Positions 1 through 11,091 are shown, counted from the stretch's first letter. The stretch: DNA of 64,000 bases from an uncultured virus (IMG/VR IMGVR_UViG_3300033553_000790) (IMGVR_UViG_3300033553_000790); one strand, 5' to 3'. Numbers and translations: made by a program. Notes: generated by a model from the letters alone, not told the origin.

Positions 1-59
1 ACTCCAGAGGAAGCTAATTTAGAACAATACGCAAATAGGCTGATACAGGAGGAAGGCGA

Positions 60-656
60 GTGAAATCCCCTGGAATAGTCATATTATATGGACCTCCCAC
101 CTCGGGGAAAACATCTTTATCTAAGGAACTCAAAAGTAGGTACCCTATGAGCTACAGTATACTCAGGAAATATAAACTGGGGAAAGGTAACTTTGATGAG
201 TATACTAAGACAAACGCTTTGAGATTCACTATTTTAGAGATGTTGCAATACTTTACGAACGTTACTAAAAGACACGGAAATAAATACGGTGTTGCAAAAA
301 ATCACATCCGGAAAACTAGGAATCTGCTAATAATATCAACAGCTTCGGATGTAGAGGTGGATAAAATTAAAAGAGCATCTTCGAAGGTTGACCTACCTTG
401 TGTTATAATAGCCTTAACTGATTCTAAAGAAGTCATGTTACAGAGATTAGAAGATAGGAAATTAACAAAAGCTGATATGGACGACCGGATTAACCTTTGG
501 TGGTCAACAGGTTACAGTAAAGATATGGGCTTCAGCCCTCACCTTGTAATTGATACAGGGCTGTTATCTTTAGAGCTGACAGTAGACATAGCTGATTTCA
601 CTGTTAACAAATATGTTATGGATTATTACTCAACGTTAGGGGCCGTCAAGAAATGA
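60..656 (+). CDS. P-loop nucleotide kinase-like protein
   Basis: N-terminal IVILYGPPTSGKT Walker A; NMP/shikimate-kinase-like layout. Confidence 0.5.
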   Translation: MKSPGIVILYGPPTSGKTSLSKELKSRYPMSYSILRKYKLGKGNFDEYTKTNALRFTILEMLQYFTNVTKRHGNKYGVAKNHIRKTRNLLIISTASDVEVDKIKRASSKVDLPCVIIALTDSKEVMLQRLEDRKLTKADMDDRINLWWSTGYSKDMGFSPHLVIDTGLLSLELTVDIADFTVNKYVMDYYSTLGAVKK

Positions 657-3600
657 CAGTTAAAAAAGATGATTTTGTACATTTACACGTTCACACAGAA
701 TACTCTATGCTTGATGGGCACTCGTTAATAAGTGATTTGGTTAAAGAAGTACATGAGCTTGGTCAAACTGCTGTTGGAATGTCTGATCACGGTAATATGC
801 ACGGCGTCTATGACCTTTTCAAAAAAGCTAAAGAATTAGATATCACGCCAATTGCCGGTATAGAAGCTTACATGACTCCTGGCTTACAGTCAAGAACCAC
901 CAGGGAACCCATATTTTTTGGTGAGGGCGGTCAGCAAGAAGAAGGCGGTAACGACGTTTCCGGTAAAGGGGCCTACACCCACTTAACACTTCTCGCTGAA
1001 AGCACTGAGGGGTTACACAACTTATTCGATTTAACTTCAGAATCTTACGCAACTGGTTTCTATAGGAAGCCAAGGATAGACACCGAGCTTTTGTCGGCAC
1101 ACTCTAAAGGCGTTATAGCTACAACTGGTTGCCCTTCAGGGGATTTTCAAACTTACCTTAGGTTAGGCCAAAAAGATAAAGCCCTTGAGTATGCCGCCAC
1201 GATGCGGGAAATTATGGGGAAAGAAAACTATTTCCTTGAGCTCATGGACCATGACATGAAGATAGACCTTGAGCGAAGAGTCAAAGAGGATATGTTCGAA
1301 ATAGGCAAAAAGCTGAACCTTCCTTTACTACTCACGAATGACCTTCATTATGTAAAGCAGGCTGACGCCTCTATGCACGAGGCTCTACTTGCCATACAGA
1401 CAGGCTCTAATATGAATGAGCCGTCTTATGAGAACGGCGGTAAAAGGTTCGCCTTCGAAGGTAACCAATATTATGTCAAGAGTGCAGCTGAAATGGCGAA
1501 ACTCTTCCCTGACCATCCGGAAGCAATGAAGAACACTCTTCTTATCGCTGAACGGGCCCAAGGCGTTAAGTTGGAACCTCGTGAAGATTTGAGACCTTCC
1601 GTTGAGATACCCGCTGGGTACACTCCTGACAGCTGGCTGGAGAAAGAAGCTAACGATGGCTTAATTAATCGTTACGGAAAAGAGAACCTCACTGATGAGC
1701 ATTTCTCTAGAATGAAAACAGAAATTGAAGTTATCACAAATAAGAACTATACTATGTATTTTTTGGTTGTGTCTGACTTCGTTAGATGGGCTAAGAAAAA
1801 CGGGGTTGTGGTCGGCCCTGGACGAGGAAGCGCCGGAGGTAGCTTATTATCTTTCTGTTTAGATATCACTGAGCTTGACCCATTGAGATATAATCTTCTT
1901 TTCGAGAGGTTCCTCAACCCGGAGAGGGATAGCCCGCCTGATATTGATATTGACTTTGATGATAAGCATAGGGAATTAGTTATCCAGTATGTCGTAGAAA
2001 AATATGGTTCTGATAAAGTTGCGATGGTTACTACATTCGGTAAGCTTGCTGCTAAAGCGGCACTTAAAGATGTGTTGCGTATATATGAACAGCCATTCGG
2101 CCTTGGGGACGCCTTATCACGCGCTTACCCTGAGCCTGTTATGGGGAAGAACTTGTCTTTGAAAGACGCCTACGATTCTAGCTCTGAACGGTATGAAGAG
2201 GCTCATGAGTTTAGGGAGCTAGTCAAGAAAGAAAACGTTCAACACTTAGTTGATATCGCCAGAGGTATAGAGGGAAGGACCAGGCAGACTGGTGTTCACG
2301 CCGCTGGGGTTATCATATCTGACAAACCAATTCACGAAGCCATACCACTTATGGTACGCCAGGCTGATGGTACTGTTATCACCCAGTTAGACTATCCTAC
2401 ATGTGAGACCCTCGGTCTACTAAAAGTTGACTTCCTGGGTCTTAAAAACTTAACTATCATAGAGAACTGCTTAAACCACATTAAGGACACACGTGGCGAG
2501 ACAGTTAAAGTTGATGACATTATTCACGGACCCATGGATGATCAGAAAACGTTTGATCTATTCAGGAATGGACAAACTCTAGGTATATTCCAAGTTGAGG
2601 GGTCATCTATGCGTGACCTTCTCAGAAGGATGAGACCAACAGAAATTGGTCATATCACAGCTGTTCTTGCTCTTTACCGACCAGGGCCAATGGCCGCGAA
2701 CGCACACAATGACTATGCTGACAGGAAGAACGGAATTAAAGAAACCCACCCTATTCACCCTGAGTTCGCTGAAAGTCTTGACGAGGTTCTGTCACCAACA
2801 TACCAAATTATTTGCTATCAAGAGCAGATAATGAAGATAGCTCAAGTAGTTGCAGGCTACTCCCTAGCAAGGGCTGACAATTTGCGTCGAGCTATGGGTA
2901 AGAAAAAGAAATCAGTCCTTGACGAGGAGTTCGAGCCTTTCTCCGCTGGGGCTAAAGCTAACGGATATTCCCCGGAAGCCATTAAAACACTATGGGATAT
3001 TCTAGTTCCATTCGCTGACTACGGCTTCAACCTGTCTCACGCAGCCGGATATGCTCTAATATCATACGTAACAGCATATCTCAAAGCTAACTACCCTGCT
3101 GAATACATGGCTTCACTGTTAACGTCCGTAAGCAAAGACAAAGATAAAACAGCTATTTATTTAAGAGAGTGCCAAGATATAGGCATTGAAGTTACCGCAC
3201 CTGACATTAACAACTCTAAAATGACTTATTCTCCAATTAAAGGAGCTAACAAGATATCTGCTGGCTTCTCCTCAATAAGAGGGGTTGGTGAACAGGCCGC
3301 TGAAGGTATAATTGAAGCTAGAACTGCGAATGGTGGAAGCTTCAAAGATCTTAACAACTTCCTTATTAGCGCTCCCGATAAAATAATATCTAAAAAGATC
3401 ATTGAAGGGTTAGCATACTCTGGAGGTTTTGATACCTTCAACGTTCCTCGCTCTGCGATAATCAATGAAGTTATTGAAAAGCTACCCGCTATCAAGAAAG
3501 CTAAAAAGAAAATAGACCAAGGCCAGGGCGACTTATTTGACCTTGCTGACGACCTTGAGACTGTGGACATACAGCTGGTGTCTATCCCAGACGATTACAA

Positions 3601-4279
3601 AGAGTGGACTAAGAAAAACAAGCTCGCAAAAGAAAGAGAATACCTAGGGCTCTATTTATCTGATCACCCGTTATCTGATATTGCCGATCAACTTAAGTCC
3701 TTCTCAGACGTTGATATCATAGATATTCTAGAGGAAACAGTTAAGCCTATCGAAGGGTTCGCTAATCAGGACACACCTAGGGTAAAAATAGCAGGCGTGG
3801 CATCTAGTGTAACGAAGCGACGCTCTAAAAAGGGTGACACTTTCGCTATCCTCATAATAGAGGACAGAACCGGCAGTATAGAAGTCCCTATTTTCCCGAA
3901 AACATACACTAAATATAGTGAAATCCTAAAAGTGGATAACATTTATGTTATCACGGGAGTTTCAAGGCGAAAAGGTGAAGACGGGGTTAACTTCGCCGCA
4001 GATTCGGTTAACCTCATTGACCTTTCCAGCACAGGAGAAATACCAGCTTGGATTAAAATATCCGAAAACCAAATTAATTCAGAGACAGTTGGTGAATTCA
4101 AAGCTGTTATGGCTAGATATCCTGGAGAAACACAGGTTTGTATATCTACCATGAAAGAGAGCGGAGAGATAATATCTTACGAGTTAGCTCAGAGAATTAA
4201 CCCCTCAAATGAGTTCTTCCAGGAAACTAAAGAAATATATGGTGTAAAATGCGTAGGGAAATGGACGCAGTACGCATAA
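653..4279 (+). CDS. dnaE: DNA polymerase III alpha subunit
   Basis: PHP motif HLHVHTEYSMLDG, GPGRGSAGGS, PPDIDIDFD, HAAGVII, YGFNLSHA, C-terminal OB fold. Confidence 0.97.
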   Translation: MTVKKDDFVHLHVHTEYSMLDGHSLISDLVKEVHELGQTAVGMSDHGNMHGVYDLFKKAKELDITPIAGIEAYMTPGLQSRTTREPIFFGEGGQQEEGGNDVSGKGAYTHLTLLAESTEGLHNLFDLTSESYATGFYRKPRIDTELLSAHSKGVIATTGCPSGDFQTYLRLGQKDKALEYAATMREIMGKENYFLELMDHDMKIDLERRVKEDMFEIGKKLNLPLLLTNDLHYVKQADASMHEALLAIQTGSNMNEPSYENGGKRFAFEGNQYYVKSAAEMAKLFPDHPEAMKNTLLIAERAQGVKLEPREDLRPSVEIPAGYTPDSWLEKEANDGLINRYGKENLTDEHFSRMKTEIEVITNKNYTMYFLVVSDFVRWAKKNGVVVGPGRGSAGGSLLSFCLDITELDPLRYNLLFERFLNPERDSPPDIDIDFDDKHRELVIQYVVEKYGSDKVAMVTTFGKLAAKAALKDVLRIYEQPFGLGDALSRAYPEPVMGKNLSLKDAYDSSSERYEEAHEFRELVKKENVQHLVDIARGIEGRTRQTGVHAAGVIISDKPIHEAIPLMVRQADGTVITQLDYPTCETLGLLKVDFLGLKNLTIIENCLNHIKDTRGETVKVDDIIHGPMDDQKTFDLFRNGQTLGIFQVEGSSMRDLLRRMRPTEIGHITAVLALYRPGPMAANAHNDYADRKNGIKETHPIHPEFAESLDEVLSPTYQIICYQEQIMKIAQVVAGYSLARADNLRRAMGKKKKSVLDEEFEPFSAGAKANGYSPEAIKTLWDILVPFADYGFNLSHAAGYALISYVTAYLKANYPAEYMASLLTSVSKDKDKTAIYLRECQDIGIEVTAPDINNSKMTYSPIKGANKISAGFSSIRGVGEQAAEGIIEARTANGGSFKDLNNFLISAPDKIISKKIIEGLAYSGGFDTFNVPRSAIINEVIEKLPAIKKAKKKIDQGQGDLFDLADDLETVDIQLVSIPDDYKEWTKKNKLAKEREYLGLYLSDHPLSDIADQLKSFSDVDIIDILEETVKPIEGFANQDTPRVKIAGVASSVTKRRSKKGDTFAILIIEDRTGSIEVPIFPKTYTKYSEILKVDNIYVITGVSRRKGEDGVNFAADSVNLIDLSSTGEIPAWIKISENQINSETVGEFKAVMARYPGETQVCISTMKESGEIISYELAQRINPSNEFFQETKEIYGVKCVGKWTQYA

Positions 4280-4338
4280 GCTAGTAATTGAGATAAGCGA
4301 TATTTATAATCGCCCGTCAATAGTAAGGTTATTGTAAA

Positions 4339-5253
4339 ATGGTTAAAAGCTTAGATGAAAGCTGGAGTAACACAAGGTATGGCCGTGCGCACAAAACCCC
4401 AGGTAAACAGTACAGGCTTAACATAATCAAATTCGCAGATATGAAGAATTTAGATATAGAATCAGTTAACATCTCTGAAATTCTAGATCTCTTTGAGAAA
4501 GATTTAGAAGAAGCTCACGAACACGCTGTGATTGAGACATTCTCAAGGCATATAACTTTTGTCCATGATGCTATGAAAGTTGGCTCGGACTTATATTCTA
4601 AAGAGGTTAGGAAACCTTTATCCCCATGGGACCTTGTTAAAGAAATGTACTATAACCTCAGCGACAGGTATGACTGTTACTCATTCACAAGTAAAATAAC
4701 TTTAACCAGGTTAGATGAGACATCATGCGATTATGACTTCTGGCCAATCTATGCTGATTTTAACCATATGCACATCTCCGAAGCTTTCCTAAAACTGAAA
4801 TACATCGAAAAGTGCCAATGCGAAGACAATAGGAATAATACAATCAAACCTAGAAAAACATGTAAGGTACACTGCGCCAACAAGCATGCTAACATAGAAT
4901 CTAAATATTTAGCAACCAAAACCTTGTTCAAGGATAGAAGTTTCAAAAGGATGTACTCTGAGCTGTACCCCACATCGCCTGCCGTTGTCGAAGCGGTATT
5001 ATCCCATTTGCCTCCTTCGTCAGAAAGGGTAATGCACCTGACTTCCTTATCAAGAGGTATCATACTTGAGAGGTTAAGTGTAGAAGAGTTTGATGAAGAG
5101 GTAAGATCCGCTGAAACTTTACGTGAATACGTTGACATAATCAAGATGATAGGAACACCATCAATTAAAGATCTAAATTCAACTCACGTCGAAAAAATCG
5201 AAAATATAGGCGATATATTTAATAACGTTGAAGAAGGTGAAGGAAATGGCTGA
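4339..5253 (+). CDS. hypothetical protein
   Basis: 304 aa ORF in co-directional array; no motif recognised. Confidence 0.6.
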   Translation: MVKSLDESWSNTRYGRAHKTPGKQYRLNIIKFADMKNLDIESVNISEILDLFEKDLEEAHEHAVIETFSRHITFVHDAMKVGSDLYSKEVRKPLSPWDLVKEMYYNLSDRYDCYSFTSKITLTRLDETSCDYDFWPIYADFNHMHISEAFLKLKYIEKCQCEDNRNNTIKPRKTCKVHCANKHANIESKYLATKTLFKDRSFKRMYSELYPTSPAVVEAVLSHLPPSSERVMHLTSLSRGIILERLSVEEFDEEVRSAETLREYVDIIKMIGTPSIKDLNSTHVEKIENIGDIFNNVEEGEGNG

Positions 5254-5908
5254 AAAGAAACAACCGTTAGCTGATTTCGAAGAGTACCTTAATCTCAAGC
5301 GCGGCTTACATATTAACAAGCCAGTTAATAAAACGTCCGTAATAACTGTATTAACTGATGGTGTCGCAAGAGAAGTCCCCTACGGCTTCTCGTCTTGGGC
5401 CTGGTATGTGAATGATGATTCTTGGGATTACGGAGCTGTCATGGGAGGGAACAACCCATCAGCTGAGGGGTTGGCTATGTTCCAAGCGCTCACTACGCTA
5501 CCTTTAGATGCCCCGCTGATAATGGTTTCTCATTCAAAAACATGGGTTGATATTCTTGGAAGTAGAGGAACTAACGGGTGGATACATGATTGGGCTGAGC
5601 ACGGGTGGATAAAACAGAATGGTAGGCGGCCCGCTAATTTACCTATAGTTAAAGCTTTGTACAAAGCAATAGAGAAACGTGAGGCTCCTCAAGGCTTCAA
5701 ATGGATTAAAGAGAGGCGCGGCACTGTTGCTTCAAGCGAATCTGTTACCCGTTTAGCGGGAAGAGCTTGCGATTTAGTGGCAGAGGGCTTATTTGTCCCA
5801 GAAGGCCCAGGTTGGACAGGTCCGGGGTCTGAACAGGCCGATATTTCCAGGAGACGCCCACCACCGCCACCGTTGAGGTCTCGGTCGAGAACTATGGAAA
5901 GGTTTTAA
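5246..5908 (+). CDS. RNase HI-like protein, apparently degenerate active site
   Basis: TDG...WAWY...NNPSAE...GWIKQNGRRPANL...FKWIK matches the RNase HI layout; ATG at 5246 follows AGGA. Confidence 0.65.
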   Translation: MAEKKQPLADFEEYLNLKRGLHINKPVNKTSVITVLTDGVAREVPYGFSSWAWYVNDDSWDYGAVMGGNNPSAEGLAMFQALTTLPLDAPLIMVSHSKTWVDILGSRGTNGWIHDWAEHGWIKQNGRRPANLPIVKALYKAIEKREAPQGFKWIKERRGTVASSESVTRLAGRACDLVAEGLFVPEGPGWTGPGSEQADISRRRPPPPPLRSRSRTMERF

Positions 5909-5911
5909 GGT

Positions 5912-6733
5912 ATGAAATACAGTTTCAATAATTTACCCTCTTACGAGCAGTGGCATAAAGTTGTGAAAAAATATGACAGCCTTGGTCTTCTCACCGAGAA
6001 CGAGATATCAACAGCATATAATAACTTAACCCTAAATGGTTGTTTCATAATGATTATAAGCGGTAAATTAGCGGCAGGCAAAGACAGTGTAGCGCCTATA
6101 TTAGCAGCAAGGATCAATAAGCAAAACACTCCCATAAAAAGAGAAGCTTTCGCTGATCCTCTAAAAAGAGAAACAAGTAACGTCCTCCAGAATGTCTATA
6201 CTGACCCTGATGATGTTATCAGAATACTCAAAAAGTATGGTATGCCTGACAGCCTAATACCTTTATTCTCCGAAGTGATATTAGAAACAGCAGAAGATTT
6301 CAAAGAGAAGCAAACCCCTGTTGAAGATGTGAACACATTCGTACGTTCATCCGGAAGCAGATCTATATTACAAATATGGGGAACTGATTTCCGCAGGTCT
6401 CAGGATGACATATATTGGGTGCGTTTAGCAGTTGTATCCGCTATAAAGTCTTTAGCTAAAGGCTCCTCTGTTTATGTAACTGACGCACGTTTTCCAAGTG
6501 AAGTCCAGTCTTTTATTGATCTTGGTGGTTTAGCTTTAAGGCTCGACGTGAGTGAGGAAACTCAGAACAAACGGCTTTTCGAACGAGACGGCCTAACTTT
6601 AACTGACGATCTCAGATTCCATAAATCTGAAACAGCTTTAGATGACTTCCCTAACTTCCATTTACGCTTAGACGCTAACGATTCATCCCCAGATGAGCTA
6701 GTTGAAACGACTTTATCTAGTTTAAAGTTATAA
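5912..6733 (+). CDS. deoxynucleoside monophosphate kinase (phage type)
   Basis: ISGKLAAGKDS, AFADPLK, LQIWGTD, VTDARFPSE, HKSE motifs. Confidence 0.8.
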   Translation: MKYSFNNLPSYEQWHKVVKKYDSLGLLTENEISTAYNNLTLNGCFIMIISGKLAAGKDSVAPILAARINKQNTPIKREAFADPLKRETSNVLQNVYTDPDDVIRILKKYGMPDSLIPLFSEVILETAEDFKEKQTPVEDVNTFVRSSGSRSILQIWGTDFRRSQDDIYWVRLAVVSAIKSLAKGSSVYVTDARFPSEVQSFIDLGGLALRLDVSEETQNKRLFERDGLTLTDDLRFHKSETALDDFPNFHLRLDANDSSPDELVETTLSSLKL

Positions 6734-6775
6734 AATACAAAGTAATCGAACTAACCATACCGCTAGAGAAGCAGT

Positions 6776-8098
6776 ATGAGAATACAATGCGATAACGAAT
6801 CCAAGCACGTCTTCCACTATGAAGGTTCTGCTCGTCATTTAGAGTGCGCCAAAAAAGATTCCATACGGGAGGGGAAAATGACTAAATACCAAAAAGGAAT
6901 AGTGTATGTAGATTCATTAAGAACCTCTCCTAAGATAAAAGAACCAGGCTACATAGGGCACGTTATAGATGTTGACCTCTTAGACAGCAATATAAAAGAC
7001 AAATTTGTTTCAGCCACCCCTCATGAAGACCCTAACGTACCTTATGTAATTCTAAATTACACGCCGCGCGCCGCTTATGCTCAAGAATGGAACGACGCCA
7101 CCATACACAGCAGAGGTTTAATATTCGACAAAAACACTGGTGAGATAATAGCTAGAGGTTTCCCTAAATTCTTTAACTACGGTCAATTAGACAGGGATGA
7201 AATTAAAGCGCTTGAAGGTCCAGTAACAGTGACAGACAAAATGGACGGTTCTCTTGGTATACTTTATAAACTGCCCAACGGAGAGTATGCTATATCAACT
7301 CGCGGTAGTATGAACAGCGATCAGGCGGTACGAGCCACCGAAATATACAGAAATAAATATAGCGCCCACCAGCCAGAAGAAGGCAAAACATACTTATTCG
7401 AAATCATTTATCCAGAGAACAGAATAGTATTAGACTATGGCGATAAAGAAGATATCGTTCTTTTGGGGGTTCAGAATAATGTAACGGGATTAACTGAGGA
7501 TCTCTCTGATAGCTCTAACAAATGGCCGGGAGAAACAACAGAGATATTGCCATATTCAAGCTTTGACGAAGCGCTTAAAGCGCCAATCCCCGAAAACAAA
7601 GAAGGCCTTGTGCTCTATTTTCATGATAGCGGCCAGAGAGTAAAACTAAAAGGAGACACTTATTTAGCTCTCCATAAAGCTAAATTCGGACTGAACCGAA
7701 ACAAAATTATTGATGCTATAAACACTCTTAATGATAAGGAATCTTTGGACTCTTGGGTCGCTTCTCTGCCCGATGAGGTCTATACGGATGTAAAGAAATT
7801 CATTAAGGAATACAATCACACTAAAAAAGAAATAGTCCTTAAAGCAACTGAAGATGTGAAATCAATAGAAGCTAAAAACCTAACTGTTGCAGAACAACAT
7901 AAAGCTATAAGTTCGTTAGAGTTCAATACATTAGCGCAGATAATATGGGCATCAAGGATGAACAATAAAGACCATAGTTATACTAAAAATATGATAAACA
8001 GCTTCTTCGTTAAACAGTTCAAATCGGGTAAAGGGCTAACCCATAAGTTACCTCCTTTCGAAACTAAAAACATTGTTGGGAACAAAGAGGACGCATAA
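6776..8098 (+). CDS. T4 Rnl1-like RNA ligase
   Basis: SRGLIF, FPKFFN, KMDGS adenylation motif, LFEII, EGLVL, RVKLK. Confidence 0.85.
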   Translation: MRIQCDNESKHVFHYEGSARHLECAKKDSIREGKMTKYQKGIVYVDSLRTSPKIKEPGYIGHVIDVDLLDSNIKDKFVSATPHEDPNVPYVILNYTPRAAYAQEWNDATIHSRGLIFDKNTGEIIARGFPKFFNYGQLDRDEIKALEGPVTVTDKMDGSLGILYKLPNGEYAISTRGSMNSDQAVRATEIYRNKYSAHQPEEGKTYLFEIIYPENRIVLDYGDKEDIVLLGVQNNVTGLTEDLSDSSNKWPGETTEILPYSSFDEALKAPIPENKEGLVLYFHDSGQRVKLKGDTYLALHKAKFGLNRNKIIDAINTLNDKESLDSWVASLPDEVYTDVKKFIKEYNHTKKEIVLKATEDVKSIEAKNLTVAEQHKAISSLEFNTLAQIIWASRMNNKDHSYTKNMINSFFVKQFKSGKGLTHKLPPFETKNIVGNKEDA

Positions 8099-8214
8099 AT
8101 AGAATATAATAAACTAAATATTACGGCATTTTTTTCAAAAGACAAAGAAAGTGTGCTATATTCCTTTTTATAAGAAAAATATATTACTATTTTTTCACTG
8201 CAAAGGAATATATA

Positions 8215-9249
8215 ATGTTTAAAAGACAAAAAGTTTTAAGAATTGTGGCTTTAGTTTCGATTAGTGTACTAGTCGCTGCTGTATTAGTTTCGCTTATAAG
8301 CGCAAGCGCTTCAGCGTCCGCGCCATCCCTAACCTCTTCAGCTAACAGCATCAGAACCGCATCCGGACTCGCCCCTCTAAAAGTTAACTCTTCGTTAAAC
8401 TCAATTGCGCAGAACTGGGCTAACAGCATGGCCGCAGCAGATAACCTATCTCATAGCACTAACCTAAGTTCTCAAATCCCCGGAAACTGGACCAAGTACG
8501 GAGAGAACGTAGCTTTCTCTATGGATGCTGGCGGTCTAAATAGCGAGCTAGCTAGTGCTGGTAACTCTCAGATTAAAGGTGATTTCACTGATATAGGTGC
8601 CGGTATCGCAACTAGCGCAAGCGGTTGGGTTTATGGGGTTCAGGTGTTCGCAAAATACCCTGTACCAGCTCCTGCTCCTGCGCCTGCTCCTGCGCCTGCT
8701 CCCGCCCCCGCTCCTGCCCCCGCTCCTGCCCCTGCGCCTGCTCCCGCGCCTGCTCCTGCCCCTGCGCCAGCTCCTAAGGCCACAACAGCCCCTGCTCCCG
8801 CTCCGGCTCCTAAGGCCACAACAGCGCCTGAGGCTGATACAACAGCCACAACAGCGCCTGAGGCTGGTACAACAGCCCCCGTTGATAGTTCAGCAGACGA
8901 AAGCGAGTCTGCGACAAATGACACTAATACTGAGGATGAAACTATAGCTTCGGTGGAGTATTCGCCCCTATTGGGTCACGATGAAGGGACTGTTGATTGC
9001 CGACTAGTGTCTCTTTCTAACATTTTTAATGAATGTATCAAATATGATACAAAAGTTTCTGTAGAGACTTCTCCTGAAGGAACTTCTACACCTACTTTGT
9101 CGCCTCAAGAGCTGGTGGGAAATTACCCCGGAAACAGTGGCGAACCAAGTTTATTCTCTAAGGTGCTAACTTCCTTAGCTGTCGGTCTAGCGGCCATGTC
9201 TTTGGCTTGGATCGGTATTAAGGTTGCGGAGAGTAGAGTGAAAAAATAG
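8215..9249 (+). CDS. exported CAP/SCP-domain protein with Pro-Ala linker and C-terminal membrane anchor
   Basis: signal-like N-terminus; AQNWANSMA, LSH, GENVA, GIA...YGVQVF CAP motifs; (PA)n; C-terminal hydrophobic helix. Confidence 0.8.
   Translation: MFKRQKVLRIVALVSISVLVAAVLVSLISASASASAPSLTSSANSIRTASGLAPLKVNSSLNSIAQNWANSMAAADNLSHSTNLSSQIPGNWTKYGENVAFSMDAGGLNSELASAGNSQIKGDFTDIGAGIATSASGWVYGVQVFAKYPVPAPAPAPAPAPAPAPAPAPAPAPAPAPAPAPAPAPAPKATTAPAPAPAPKATTAPEADTTATTAPEAGTTAPVDSSADESESATNDTNTEDETIASVEYSPLLGHDEGTVDCRLVSLSNIFNECIKYDTKVSVETSPEGTSTPTLSPQELVGNYPGNSGEPSLFSKVLTSLAVGLAAMSLAWIGIKVAESRVKK
8659..8880 (+). repeat. coding hexanucleotide (Pro-Ala)n repeat plus ATTAP repeats
   Basis: CCTGCN tandem units. 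Confidence 0.9.
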
Positions 9250-9272
9250 CACCGCCCTTCCTTACAGGGTAG

Positions 9273-9345
9273 TAGCCGCCTGGACTATATGTGACTTGAG
9301 CAGCAGTGACTTGAGTTAATAATAATCCAGGCGGCTATTCTTTTT
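9273..9345. terminator. inverted repeat between convergent genes, probable terminator
   Basis: TAGCCGCCTGGA (9273-9284) / TCCAGGCGGCTA (9326-9337), followed by TTCTTTTT. Confidence 0.55.
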
Positions 9346-11011
9346 AGTCGCTATTGGTAAAGCTGTTCATAATAGGTATTCTTCTTTCCTTCCCGAATGA
9401 GCGCCGGGTTACTTTAATTCCTATTGGATACTGCCTACGCTTCCATTCTGCATTTTTGACTAGTTTAATTACGCGGTCAACAACTTCTTTATCTTTAGTT
9501 AACTCAACGATTTTTTGGTAGGGAAGGTTCTCATCTATGTACATATTAAGGACGCTATCTAATAACGGATAAGCGGGTAGATCTTTCTCATCCTCTTGGC
9601 CGGGAGCTAGCTCAGCCGAAGCGGGCTTATCAATAGATGAGTACGGGATAGCGTTAATGTCGCCTTTAGCTACAGCATTCCTGTTTCTCCATCGCGCGAG
9701 CTCCCATACTAGAGTTTTAGATATGTCCTTAATCGGGGCATATCCCCCAACACTATCGCCATATATTGTTGAGTAGCCGACAGCTAATTCGGTTTTGTTT
9801 CCACAGGCCAAAGTAAGAGCTCCACGCGAGTTAGAAGCCGCCATCAGTATTATACCCCTCAGCCGGGATTGTAAATTCTCTGCGGATATACCTTCAAGGT
9901 CATATGTACTTTCATGGAAAGTTTTCATCATATCAGATATTGGTTTGACCTGGTGCTCCATGCCGTGCCTATCAGCTAGCTCCTTGGCGTCATCTAAAGA
10001 TCCCACCGAAGAGTAAGGGGATGGCATCGAAATAGCTATAATATTTTCACCGCCGATAGCGTCAGCAGCTAAAGCACCTACTACAGCAGAGTCGATCCCC
10101 CCGGAGACACCTAAAACAACTTTCTTGAAGCCACATTTTTTAGTGTAGCTTCTAAGGCCCATAACAAGTGCATTCCAAATTTCCTCATATGCGAGGTCTT
10201 TATTGTCTCCATGGGGAACATAGTTTAACATGCTGTCAGCACTGCCCACAACGATTTGGAAAGCAGGGAACGCTTTTATTTCACTGTTGCCGTATGTCAC
10301 ATAAAAAGATTGACCATCGAAAACAACTTCGTCCTGCCCGCCAACCCGGTTAATGTAAAGAACATCAGCATGAGACTGTTCCGACAGTTTATTAGCAAAT
10401 GAAATCCGTTGTAATTGTTTATCCATCTCATAGGGCGAGCCGTTAATGACAACTATAATGTCTGCGCTATCCGCTGTAAAGGAAACAAAAGGCCATTGAG
10501 TAGCCTCCCACATGTCGTGGCAGACCATTACCCCTATCTTATTTCCGTTAATTTCTATGGTAGGCGAAGAGGTTTTATCATATAACCGCGTTTCGAAAGC
10601 GGCTTTAAAGTTTCGCTCTTCATCGAAAACACCTTCGTTTGGCAAGTTGTTTTTAGGGAATATTTTAGGTCCGACATTGGATTGAAAGACAACTGCAGCA
10701 TTAACCGGTACCTTACAACCGTTAATATCATCGGTTATAAAAAGAGAGCCAACTATTGCAGGTGTTTTTAAAACCCCCTTGTCATATAACCCGGCCATCT
10801 CCTCGATAGCTTCCATAGACTGTTTACGTAAGTCCGGGTTGTCAGCTAAATCTTCTAGAGGATAGCCGGTGATAGTCATTTCCGGGAACACCACTAGCTC
10901 CATGCCACCCTGGTCAGCTTCTTTGATTATCTTTTGTATGTACAAAGAATTTTCTTTAACCGCTCCAGTTAGCATAGGAATCTGTGCTACAAGAATTTTA
11001 TCTTTTCTCAT
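9344..11011 (-). CDS. nadE: glutamine-dependent NAD+ synthetase
   Basis: nitrilase-type domain (FPE, PKNNLPNEGVFDE, VCHD) plus GVSGGIDS, ENLQSRLRG, GNKTE, AEWKRRQ. Confidence 0.96.
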   Translation of the reverse strand: MRKDKILVAQIPMLTGAVKENSLYIQKIIKEADQGGMELVVFPEMTITGYPLEDLADNPDLRKQSMEAIEEMAGLYDKGVLKTPAIVGSLFITDDINGCKVPVNAAVVFQSNVGPKIFPKNNLPNEGVFDEERNFKAAFETRLYDKTSSPTIEINGNKIGVMVCHDMWEATQWPFVSFTADSADIIVVINGSPYEMDKQLQRISFANKLSEQSHADVLYINRVGGQDEVVFDGQSFYVTYGNSEIKAFPAFQIVVGSADSMLNYVPHGDNKDLAYEEIWNALVMGLRSYTKKCGFKKVVLGVSGGIDSAVVGALAADAIGGENIIAISMPSPYSSVGSLDDAKELADRHGMEHQVKPISDMMKTFHESTYDLEGISAENLQSRLRGIILMAASNSRGALTLACGNKTELAVGYSTIYGDSVGGYAPIKDISKTLVWELARWRNRNAVAKGDINAIPYSSIDKPASAELAPGQEDEKDLPAYPLLDSVLNMYIDENLPYQKIVELTKDKEVVDRVIKLVKNAEWKRRQYPIGIKVTRRSFGKERRIPIMNSFTNSD

Positions 11012-11091
11012 TTAGTTTCTCCTACTAGTTAAATTATATTAGCATAGTTTACAAAAAAATCAACTTTTATAAAAAATGCCGATAGACAATG

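Noticed and set aside
8659..8880. CRISPR or non-coding repeat arrays (also 59365-59485)
   Set aside because: In-frame low-complexity coding repeats without spacers.
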